Source: Clostridia bacterium (GTDB lineage Bacteria; Bacillota; Clostridia; Oscillospirales; CAG-272). Taken from it: 59,110 bases of DNA. The notes under the pieces were generated by a model. It did not search any database. It had not been told where the DNA came from and worked only from the letters and a program-made list of their open reading frames with translations. This document shows, in pieces, positions 18,324-26,535 of this stretch. Each line of letters starts with the position of its first letter. Position 1 is the stretch's first letter. Both the position numbers and the translations under genes were made by a program. Location of the stretch: contig JAKSPH010000001.1 in assembly GCA_024404975.1 (NCBI GenBank), forward strand, positions 1 to 59,110, written 5' to 3'.

Positions 18324-20681
18324 ATGGAAAATACCGAGATCCGTGCGGCGGACGGTACCCCCCTCCGCGGACTCTCCGCGGCGGAAGTCAAAGACCGCAC
18401 CGCAAAAGGGCAGGTCAACGTATCCAAAGAGCGAAACGGAAAAAGTTACTTTGAGATCGTACTGACGAACCTTCTGACCTTCTTCAACGTGGTTTGGGGC
18501 GTGATCGCCGCTCTGATGATCGCCCTGCACAGTTACTCCAACCTCACGTTCCTCTTTATCATCGTACCGAACGTGGCGATCGCGATGTTCCTCGAATGCC
18601 GTGCGAAAGCGACGGTGGAAAAACTCTCCGTTACGACCGATCCTCACGCGAAAGTGCTTCGCGGCGGCGAACTTTGTGAGATCCCCGCGTCACAGATCGT
18701 TCTCGGCGATATACTTAAAATCGAGATCGGTCAGCAGGTGCTTTCCGACGCCGTCGTCGTTGAGGGTCTTGCCGAAGCGAACGAAAGCATGCTCACGGGT
18801 GAGTCCAACGCGATCAAAAAAGTAAAGGGCGACAAACTCCTCGCCGGAAGTTTCCTCGTCAGCGGTGCCGTCTATGCCGAGGTATGCGCCGTCGGTAAAG
18901 ACAATTACGTCCACACGATCGAACACGCGGCAAAGAATTTCCGCAAACCCACGTCCGATCTGTTCCGCGATCTCAACCGTCTGCTCCGCTATATCGCGAT
19001 CTTCATGGTCCCGATGGCGGTGGCGATGTTCTTCTCCAACTACTACGCCGCAGGCCAGGATCAGCATCAGGCGCTGCTCAAAACGAGCGGTTCCATCGTC
19101 GGTATGATCCCCGCCGGCATGTATCTTCTCGTTACCGTCACGCTGACGCTCTCCGTTGTGAAACTCGCACGGAAAAAGACCTTGGTGCAGGACATGTATT
19201 CCATCGAAATGCTCGCCCGCGCCGACGTCGTCTGCCTCGATAAGACCGGAACGATCACGGACGGCACGATGTGCGTATCCGACCTTCACCCCCTCGGCGG
19301 TCAGACGCCCGAAGAACTCTCCCATATCCTCGCCGTGATCGTCGGCAGTATGGATTCCCTCAACGCGACCTCCCGCGCCCTGCAGGACAGATTCGGCAGG
19401 GACGAGTCCTGCAAGATCCTCGATAAAACGCCCTTCTCCTCGGAGAGAAAATTCTGTTCCGTTACCGTGGAAAACCTCGGCACCTTCTGCCTCGGCGCTC
19501 CGCATTTCGTAAACTGTCCTGTCAGCTGTGAAACGGAAGGTATGATCGCCGCCTACGCCTCGGAAGGCAAACGCGTTCTGATCCTCTCGGCACATGAAAG
19601 CCCCGAAACCGTCGGTGTCGGGATCGCCCTTGTCGCCATTACCGACCGCATCCGTCCGAGCGCGAAAGAAACCATCGCGAACTTTCAGAACGCGGGTGTG
19701 AGCGTCCGCATCATCTCCGGCGACCACGCCGCGACGGTCAGCGCCATTGCCGCGAGAGTCGGTGTCAGAAACGCCGAAAAGTATCTTTCCTGCGAAGCGC
19801 TGACAGATGAGGAACTCAAAGCAAAATGCGACGACTACTCCGTGTTCGGCAGAGTAACGCCCGAGCAGAAAGTGCTTCTCGTCAAGGAATTCAAGAAACG
19901 CGGCCATACCGTCGCCATGACCGGTGACGGCGTGAACGACACCCTCGCGCTGAAAGAGAGCAACTGTGCCATCGCCATGGCGGAGGGCAGCGAAATGGCT
20001 TGTAAAGTTTCGCAGATCGTTCTTCTGAACTCCGACTTCTCCACACTCCCCGACGTCGTTCTCGAAGGCAGACGCTGTATCAACAACGTGCGTATGAGCG
20101 CCACGCTCTACATTATGAAGACCATTCTCACCATCCTGCTTTCACTCTACACCGTCATTACCGTAACTCTCTATCCGTTCGAACCGAGAAACAACGTCCT
20201 TCTTGAAATGTTCGTCATCGGCATCTCTTCCGTACTTCTCGCGTTGGAACCCAACCACGACAGGATCAAAGGCTCATTCATCAGCAGTGTCATCCGGCGT
20301 TCTCTGCCGAGTGCCGTCGCGCTGTTCTTACCGATCCTCGTTTTACTTCTGTACTTCACCGGCAAGCCCGGTGAAACCGAACTGCGCAACACGCTTTGCA
20401 TGGTCGCCATGACCCTGTGCGGTTACGTGAACCTCGCCGTGCTGTGTTACCCCTACACGAGATGGCGTTTCAACGTCGTACTCGCCATGGGACTGCTCTT
20501 GCTCTGCGCCGTGCCGGTATCGGTATTCATCTTCGGCGATATGTTCGGATTCCTCATCCTGCAAGGTCATACGCTCCTCACCGCGATCGTGTCCTTCGGC
20601 TCGATGCTCCTCGCCGGTATCATTCACTTCACGGCTCCCTTCGTCAAGAAAGCCGTCATCAAAATCGCCGCTTTGCGATAA
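18324..20681 (+). CDS. cation-translocating P-type ATPase (HAD-IC family)
   Basis: CLDKTGTITDG is the phosphorylation motif and MTGDGVNDTLALKESNCAIAM is the GDGxND hinge. TM helices lie at the N- and C-termini. The start was trimmed to ATG 18324. Confidence 0.9.
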   Translation: MENTEIRAADGTPLRGLSAAEVKDRTAKGQVNVSKERNGKSYFEIVLTNLLTFFNVVWGVIAALMIALHSYSNLTFLFIIVPNVAIAMFLECRAKATVEKLSVTTDPHAKVLRGGELCEIPASQIVLGDILKIEIGQQVLSDAVVVEGLAEANESMLTGESNAIKKVKGDKLLAGSFLVSGAVYAEVCAVGKDNYVHTIEHAAKNFRKPTSDLFRDLNRLLRYIAIFMVPMAVAMFFSNYYAAGQDQHQALLKTSGSIVGMIPAGMYLLVTVTLTLSVVKLARKKTLVQDMYSIEMLARADVVCLDKTGTITDGTMCVSDLHPLGGQTPEELSHILAVIVGSMDSLNATSRALQDRFGRDESCKILDKTPFSSERKFCSVTVENLGTFCLGAPHFVNCPVSCETEGMIAAYASEGKRVLILSAHESPETVGVGIALVAITDRIRPSAKETIANFQNAGVSVRIISGDHAATVSAIAARVGVRNAEKYLSCEALTDEELKAKCDDYSVFGRVTPEQKVLLVKEFKKRGHTVAMTGDGVNDTLALKESNCAIAMAEGSEMACKVSQIVLLNSDFSTLPDVVLEGRRCINNVRMSATLYIMKTILTILLSLYTVITVTLYPFEPRNNVLLEMFVIGISSVLLALEPNHDRIKGSFISSVIRRSLPSAVALFLPILVLLLYFTGKPGETELRNTLCMVAMTLCGYVNLAVLCYPYTRWRFNVVLAMGLLLLCAVPVSVFIFGDMFGFLILQGHTLLTAIVSFGSMLLAGIIHFTAPFVKKAVIKIAALR

Positions 20682-20699
20682 AAAACGCATAACGAAAAA

Positions 20700-20731
20700 C
20701 AGGGTTTTCCTTTTCGGGAAGCCCTGTTTTG
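20700..20731. terminator. bidirectional rho-independent terminator
   Basis: CAGGGTTTTCC-ttttc-GGGAAGCCCTG followed by TTTT, with an A-run on the other side. Confidence 0.8.
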
Positions 20732-20735
20732 TTAT

Positions 20736-21222
20736 TCAAAATGCGAAGAAGGAGTTAAACTCCCGCATCTCGTCTTCGGTCGGAGCGGTGAAGCACGTCG
20801 GCTGACGTCCGAGTGCCGCGTATTTGCCCTCGCCGAGGCGGTGATAGGGGAGAAGTTCGACTTTTTCGGGGCGGTACGGTTTCAGAAAATCCGCGATCTT
20901 TTGCATTTCCTCTCTGTTGCCGTTCACTTCTTTCACGACGGGGACGCGAATGATCACTTTCGCACCGAGCGCGAACAGTTTTTTTCAAATTGGACAGGAT
21001 CTGCGCGTTGCCCGCACCCGTGTACCTCTCGTGCAGGTCGGGAGTGATCGCTTTGACGTCGTACAGAAAGACGTCGGTCACGGGAAGCACCCGTTCAAAC
21101 GAGGAAAACGGCACGTATCCCGCCGTGTCCACCGCGGTGGAGATCCCCTCGCGCTTACACGAGGAAAGCAATTCGCAGAGCGATTCGGGGTTCAGCATAC
21201 ATTCCCCGCCGGAAACGTACAA
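20736..21222 (-). pseudogene. glycyl-radical enzyme activating protein (radical SAM) remnant, 5'-truncated and frameshifted
   Basis: YVSGGECMLNPE...VDTAGYVPF...VFLYDVKAITPDLHERYTGAGNAQILSNLKK, then a frame change at a 7-nt homopolymer (20979-20985), then KVIIRVPVVKEVNGNREEM...VELLPYHRLGEGKYAALG. The N-terminal CxxxCxxC cluster region is absent, because only 66 bp separate this remnant from the upstream gene. Confidence 0.8.
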
Positions 21223-21288
21223 ATAACGGATTTCTCAAAATATGCATCCGCGGAAAATCTCAAAGAGAAAACTATCACAATTTTGCTA

Positions 21289-21948
21289 TTAACGGAAGTC
21301 GAGCGAGGTCGCGAGATCAGACAAATGCGCGTCTTCCGAATAGCGCACGGGAGAAAATTCTCCCCCGCCGGAAACGTCGGGCGTGAAGGTGAGAACAGAA
21401 TAAGACGCGTTCGTAGCGAAGGGAATCGCCGAAGCAACTTCGTCGGGAGAAAGACGCAAAACGTATAGCCCCCAAAACGCGCGAATGACGCCGGCGTGGG
21501 ATGTAACAAGCACAGTTTGTCCGTCGTGAGCAAGCGCGATTTCAGTCAGCGTGCGCGCAAATCTTGCAGCGCCGGAAACGACGGTTTCACCGTTCGGGAA
21601 ACTGTAATTTCCAAAGCTGTTTTTCCAATAATCCGGGAATATATCAGGGAATTTTTCTTTCAGAATGTCGTTCTGCACACCCTCAAAATCGCCCGTATAG
21701 AACTCGCGCAGACCGTCGTTTTTGAAGATCTCCAAAGGATGGAAATCAAGGTGCGGTTCCGCCGTGCGGTAGGCACGAAGAAGGTCGGAAGAGTAGATGG
21801 CATCAAAGGGTACGTTTGCCAATTGCTCGGCGGTTTTCCGTGCCTGTAAAACACCGGTTCCGGTCAGATCGACGTTCGTCCAACCGGCAAAAAAATGCTC
21901 GGCATTGGCGGCACTTTGTCCGTGCCGAATCAAATAAATTGTGGTCAT
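21289..21948 (-). CDS. histidine phosphatase family protein (phosphoglycerate mutase / CobC-like)
   Basis: MTTIYLIRHGQSAANAEHFFAGWTNVDLT carries the RHG catalytic motif, and VTSHAGVIRA is also present. The start was trimmed to ATG 21948. Confidence 0.8.
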   Translation of the reverse strand: MTTIYLIRHGQSAANAEHFFAGWTNVDLTGTGVLQARKTAEQLANVPFDAIYSSDLLRAYRTAEPHLDFHPLEIFKNDGLREFYTGDFEGVQNDILKEKFPDIFPDYWKNSFGNYSFPNGETVVSGAARFARTLTEIALAHDGQTVLVTSHAGVIRAFWGLYVLRLSPDEVASAIPFATNASYSVLTFTPDVSGGGEFSPVRYSEDAHLSDLATSLDFR

Positions 21949-22688
21949 AATGCCTCTGTTTGTTTTCTCTATTATAGCACAATTCCGGCGGCAAGTCAAT
22001 GAAACGGAAAAAGAAAGCATTTCGTATTTTTTACTATTAAATCTTGAAACAAAACGTTGAAAACAAGTATTTTGTTTATTATTTGAGAATTGTTAGGCCG
22101 TCATAAGTAGGTTTTACGAATTAAAAATGCGAAAATCACGCAAATTCGTGAAAAAATTACGTCCAAAATAGCTGGAGCAAACAATCGGGCAATCCGCAGA
22201 TTCTTCCATTTTCTACCATATCGACTCAGATCCGCATTTTAGAGATAAACATTCCATTTATTGGCAGTTTTCAATCAAAATATGATAATGCCTTGCTTCG
22301 GTGTCGCCGTCGAACTACCCACCTTGCGCATGACGAACAACATAAAGAGTTTCAGTACAAAAAGCGGATAAAAAGCGAAGGAATAAGTTTGGTTCTCGAA
22401 GTGATTATTTATAATCTTTAGTTTTTACATATAATTTCACCCGCAGAACACTTTTTCCAATCGTTTTTCTCAAAATGAAAGGTTTTTCAAAAAGATCTGT
22501 TTTTACTCCGCTGATAACTGTTTTTTACCGTTTTTACGAATGGCAGACCGCAATTTTTGATAAATATAACGATTATTTCCGCCAAAGTGAAGGCGCTTAT
22601 CTATGATTCGGTAGAGGAAAAAGCCCCCGAAGATGTGTATTCTATGCTTTATAGTTATAAATATCGTCAACAGTGCCTTGTTTTGCAT

Positions 22689-22704
22689 TGTTTCACGTGA
22701 AACA
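22689..22704. promoter_or_regulatory. parS: parS site 1 (ParB/Spo0J centromere-like binding site)
   Basis: TGTTTCACGTGAAACA is a perfect 16-bp palindrome. It fits the Firmicutes parS consensus TGTTNCACGTGAAACA exactly. Confidence 0.85.
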
Positions 22705-22779
22705 TGCCCTTTATGGGTTTTTGCTTGACTTTCGGCATGGTTGCCTCTGTATGTGCCGTCGATTCGTGTTAAGTGCGTT

Positions 22780-22795
22780 TGTTTCACGTGAAACA
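22780..22795. promoter_or_regulatory. parS: parS site 2
   Basis: An identical TGTTTCACGTGAAACA, 91 bp from site 1. Confidence 0.85.
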
Positions 22796-23012
22796 ATACT
22801 GTTTTTTGTATATGCTTCGTCATTTGGCTTCAAAATTTCGGTTTTATGAGCTTTTCGCTCAGACGATTGGGATTTTGCCATTTACATATTTCTATTATGG
22901 CTTTATTCCATCCTTTTTTTGCCGTACCGCCTTTTGCTTAACTTTTGCTTTACTTTTTTGCGATATTTTTGTCCTGCTCTCCTTTTTTGATATTGTAACC
23001 TCGTTTTTGCCT

Positions 23013-23028
23013 TGTTTCACGTGAAACA
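23013..23028. promoter_or_regulatory. parS: parS site 3
   Basis: An identical TGTTTCACGTGAAACA, about 100 bp upstream of the parA -35 element. Confidence 0.85.
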
Positions 23029-23050
23029 TTCACTTGTTTTTCTTCAGTAT

Positions 23051-23129
23051 GAATCGGGTTTTCTCCTCCGGATTATCGACAAATACATGTTTTTCCTCAG
23101 AATCATCGACAAATACGGGTTTTCTCTTG
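23051..23129 (+). repeat. about 30-bp tandem direct repeats abutting the parA promoter (2 full units plus 1 core-less unit)
   Basis: Units at 23070-23099 and 23100-23129 share 21/30 identity. Both carry a perfect 12-bp core ATCGACAAATAC (23075-23086 and 23105-23116). The stretch 23051-23065 (GAATCGGGTTTTCTC) equals a unit lacking the core. Confidence 0.7.
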
Positions 23130-23155
23130 ATTTTTTCGCTTTTCAGTGGTATAAT
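23127..23155 (+). promoter_or_regulatory. sigma-A type promoter of parA
   Basis: TTGATT (23127-23132), a 17-nt spacer, then TATAAT (23150-23155). Confidence 0.6.
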
Positions 23156-23193
23156 TGAGATACCTATGAATTACTCGCGCTTTTGAGGTACTT

Positions 23194-23955
23194 ATGGCAA
23201 AAATAGTTTCCTTTTCCAACCAAAAAGGCGGTGTCGGAAAGACAACGTCATGTGTCAATATCGCGGCGCAGATCGCAAAGAAGGGCAAAAAAGTCTTGAT
23301 GATCGATATGGATCCTCAAGGCAACGCCACAAGCGGTCTCGGAATTGCCAAATCCAAAATCAAAAAGACAATTTACGACGTCATTATCGGTCAATGTACG
23401 ATCGAAGATGCCGTTTTGAAGTCCAATTTCTCCAATCTTTGGGTCGTTCCTGCAAACATTGACCTTGCCGGAGCGGAACTCGAACTTTATGAACTTGAAA
23501 ATCAAACGGACTTCGCAAAACTCGCTCTTGACACCGTAAAAGACAAATTTGACTACATTTTTATAGATTGTCCCCCTTCGCTCGGTATGCTGACCGTCAA
23601 AGCGCTCTCCGTTTCTGACGGAATCGTCATCCCGATGCAATGCGAATTCTATTCCCTTGAGGGAATGTCCCAACTTTTGAACACCGTAAAGAAAATCCGT
23701 CAGCTCTACAATCCCGATCTGCAACTTGTCGGAATCCTTCTGACGATGTACAACAGCCGTCTGACGCTCACCGCGCAGGTCGTCGCAGAGTTGAAAAAGT
23801 ACTACGCGGACAAGCTTTTCAAGGTTCCGATTTCGAGAACCGTCCGCATTTCCGAGGCACCCGGCTACGGAGAACCGATCTGCTATCACGATCCGTATGG
23901 CAAAGGTTCACTTGAATACGCCGCCGTTGCCAAAGAATTGATGAACCGAATCTGA
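23194..23955 (+). CDS. parA: ParA/Soj chromosome-partitioning ATPase
   Basis: MAKIVSFSNQKGGVGKTTSCVNIAAQIAKKGKKVLMIDMDPQGNATSGLG carries the deviant Walker A motif KGGVGKT. The protein is 253 aa. Confidence 0.95.
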   Translation: MAKIVSFSNQKGGVGKTTSCVNIAAQIAKKGKKVLMIDMDPQGNATSGLGIAKSKIKKTIYDVIIGQCTIEDAVLKSNFSNLWVVPANIDLAGAELELYELENQTDFAKLALDTVKDKFDYIFIDCPPSLGMLTVKALSVSDGIVIPMQCEFYSLEGMSQLLNTVKKIRQLYNPDLQLVGILLTMYNSRLTLTAQVVAELKKYYADKLFKVPISRTVRISEAPGYGEPICYHDPYGKGSLEYAAVAKELMNRI

Positions 23956-24364
23956 TTTCTTTTATACAGTCAGAAGAAAACCTCGTTTTTCGTGCGGTTT
24001 TCCGCTTCGATCAACCGGTTTTTGAGTCTGATTTCCCCAATTTTATGCAATTTCTGCGCTCCCCACGCGGAAAATTCCGATGCGCCGACGGTTACAGAAA
24101 GCGTCGAAAGCGTCGCTTTCCTTCTGACGGCTTCGATTCTGTACCGAGGATTTAGTTGCTGCGGTTATCGTTATGCGGCCACTTTCGGTTCGGACGCGTT
24201 GGGCAATTCTGTACTGAAGAGCGCGGGAAAGCGTTCCGCGATCGGAAGCGTGATCCAACGGAACCGAGCAGGGAAGTATGTCCGATTTCGCCCGAAACCG
24301 GCAAACGTGCGGAGTTTTCAACAATTCGCGGTGCTACGCGGACAAACTGCAAAAACGCGCTCCG

Positions 24365-24588
24365 TTTTCCACAAGCAAAGTTGTGGAAACTGTGGAGAAC
24401 CCTTCATTTTGGAGTCAAAGTGGGGGAGTAATCACGAAAAATGCGCGTTTTTTGACAGTAACACTTGCAAAAATTGAAAAATGCCGGCAAATTCCCGTTT
24501 TGTTGAAATTGCAGAAAAACGACGTTTCCGCGGATCAACCGGAAATCCACACGTTTTCTCCCACTATTCCACAGACCTTTGTGGAAAA
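24365..24588. promoter_or_regulatory. cluster of six DnaA-box-like 9-mers in the parA-parB spacer
   Basis: The six 9-mers are:
- TTTTCCACA, 24365-24373;
- TGTGGAAAC, 24382-24390, abutting TGTGGAGAA, 24391-24399;
- AAATCCACA, 24543-24551;
- TATTCCACA, 24565-24573;
- TGTGGAAAA, 24580-24588.
Each has 1-2 mismatches to TTATCCACA or its complement. They are the same variants used in the dnaA-dnaN oriC. Confidence 0.6.
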
Positions 24589-24922
24589 CTTCTCGCGGGC
24601 AACGACTTGCGGTTTTGTCCCGATTTTTCCGTCAAATCGAGCGATTTTGAGCGGTTTTCCCGCCGATCTTTCGCGTAAAACCCGCTTTGACTTCCGTTTT
24701 CGTGCAAAAATCCCCGCGCTTACCCCTTGAAAAACCGTCAAATCGCACCCTGCGGAACCGCCTTCTTTGAAATCCGGTTCTCCGTTTGCGAAAACCGTGA
24801 TCATAGTATCGTCAACTCTCGGTTTTTCCGAGAACAGAAAAACTCTTTGAATCATTCCGAAACACAGTAAAATCCGATAATACGTGAAAATTCCTTGAAA
24901 ACAACCGATAAGGAGAACTTTT

Positions 24923-25813
24923 ATGAGAAAAAATAACACCGGACTTGGCAGAGGGCTTGATGCCATTTTCCTTGAAAATGAGCCGATGGGCGACCTTGAA
25001 AGAAAAGAAAATACCGTTCGCCACCTGAAACTCTCTCTGATCGATCCGAGATCCGAGCAACCGAGAAAGACGTTCGACCGGGAGGCACTGGAGTCCTTGG
25101 CGAATTCCATCCGCACGAATGGTCTGTTCCAGCCGATCCTCGTCAGAGAAAGCGGCGTCGGCAGATATCAGATCATCGCCGGTGAACGCCGTTTCCGCGC
25201 TTGCAAAATCGCCGAAATGAACGAAATTCCCGCCATTGTACTGGATAAGGACGACAAAAAGACCGCGGAGATCGCTCTGATCGAAAACGTTCAGCGCGAA
25301 AACCTCAATCCGATCGAGGAAGCCGCCGCATATCAATGCCTCGCCGTCGAGTGCGACGTGGCGCAGGACGAACTCTCCTAGCAAGTCGGCAAGAGCCGCC
25401 GTGCGGTCGCAAACGCCGTCCGTCTGCTCGATCTGCCCGATGAAGTCCTCGGCATGGTTTCCCGCGGGGAACTCTCCGCCGGCCACGGCAGAACGCTTCT
25501 CGGACTGAACGACCGCGACGACATGGTCGTTTTGGCGAAGAAAACGCAGGAACTCGGCTTGTCCGTCCGTCAGTTGGAGGAAGAAGTCAAGAAGGCAAAT
25601 CGCCCCAAAAAGGAAGAATCGCCCGAAGAAGAAGCCCCCGTTGTGGTCGATTATTTCCATGAAATGGAAATTCGTATGCAAACCGCGCTCGGCAGACGCG
25701 TGCAGATCAACGGAAAAGGCAGAAAAAAGAGCCTGACTTTGTACTACGAGGACAACGAGGATCTCGACGAACTCATCAAGACGGTTTGCGGAAAAGATTT
25801 TCTCAACGAGTGA
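24923..25813 (+). pseudogene. parB: ParB/Spo0J with a single in-frame TAG at codon 153 (25379-25381)
   Basis: GLGRGLDAIF and IIAGERRFRACKIA (the GERRxRA CTP-binding box) precede the TAG. The same frame continues with QVGKSRRAVANAVRLLDLPDEVLGMVSRGELSAGHGRTLLGL (HTH) and the C-terminal domain. Tracked ORFs 24923..25381 and 25454..25813 are in the same frame. Confidence 0.85.
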
Positions 25814-25918
25814 TTTTTTCCCGATTTTGCCGTGATTTCGGCGAATAAAACCTGTTTTTCACGTTGTTTTTCTTGAACAATACCATATTTTACCATATTT
25901 AGAGGAGGTGGAACGTCC

Positions 25919-26431
25919 ATGTCGTTTCTCAACGATTACCTGTTTTTGAACTTGAGCGACTACTACGGCGACGGATTTGATTTTCCGATCACGTTGATCC
26001 TGCTTGCGCTTTCGCTCGGCTTGATACTGGCGTGCATCGCCGTTACGCTTTCGAAAAAATCCATGTTTCTGCTGACGAAACAACTGATCCGTCACGGCGC
26101 GCTTTCCAAAGAGGAGGCGAAAACGCTGACGGAACTCGGCTTGAAGAACAATCGCGGCGTCCGCCGTTTGCTCAAAGCCGGCGGGCAGATGAAATCCTTC
26201 GTCGCGGCGGTTCGTCCGGAGGATCCGAACGGTCAAGTGAGCCTCGGCGAGATCTCACCCGAAACCGCGAAATTCTACATTTTGCCCGACCAAAGCGACC
26301 GCGCCCGCCGCATTTACGGTGAGGGTGCGCCCTCGGCGCTCTCCCTTGCGATCACGCTGATTCTGATCGCCGGCGTGTTCCTTGCCCTCATGTTCACGAT
26401 GCCGTCCATCCTCGCTTCGTTGGCGGGATAA
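25919..26431 (+). CDS. hypothetical membrane protein (2 predicted TM helices)
   Basis: GGAGGTG RBS. There is a hydrophobic segment near the N-terminus (ITLILLALSLGLILACIAV) and another at the C-terminus (LSLAITLILIAGVFLALMF). Confidence 0.6.
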   Translation: MSFLNDYLFLNLSDYYGDGFDFPITLILLALSLGLILACIAVTLSKKSMFLLTKQLIRHGALSKEEAKTLTELGLKNNRGVRRLLKAGGQMKSFVAAVRPEDPNGQVSLGEISPETAKFYILPDQSDRARRIYGEGAPSALSLAITLILIAGVFLALMFTMPSILASLAG

Positions 26432-26497
26432 ATCGGCATTCCGGCGCGGATTTTCCGTTTTTCCGCAAAAATCTCCCATTGATTTTTCAAAAAAAAG

Positions 26498-26535
26498 AAG
26501 CCGTGGCTTTCATGCAAGCCACGGCTTTTCACTTA
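26498..26535 (+). terminator. rho-independent terminator
   Basis: GAAGCCGTGGCT-ttcatgca-AGCCACGGCTT followed by TTTC. Confidence 0.75.

Noticed and set aside
22503-23024. ORFs 22503..22823 (-) of 106 aa and 22773..23024 (+) of 83 aa in the AT-rich island.
   Set aside because: Both read straight through the parS palindromes. Their composition is biased (K/H/F/I-rich or F/L-rich), they have no RBS, and they overlap each other. I treat them as chance ORFs in AT-rich DNA.
23992-24730. ORFs of 161, 150, 93, 91 and 66 aa inside the parA-parB spacer, considered as possible genes or a decayed noc/parB copy.
   Set aside because: The translations have no protein-like pattern and no ParB/Noc motifs (GERR, HTH). 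The ORFs overlap each other in several frames and lack RBSs. The region is better explained as non-coding DNA with DnaA-box-like repeats.
25379-25381. Interpreting the parB in-frame TAG as pyrrolysine or a reassigned sense codon.
   Set aside because: No pyl genes, PYLIS-like context or suppressor tRNA are visible in the window. TAG also serves as a plausible stop for spoVM and the 47513..47788 ORF. I keep it only as an alternative to be tested.
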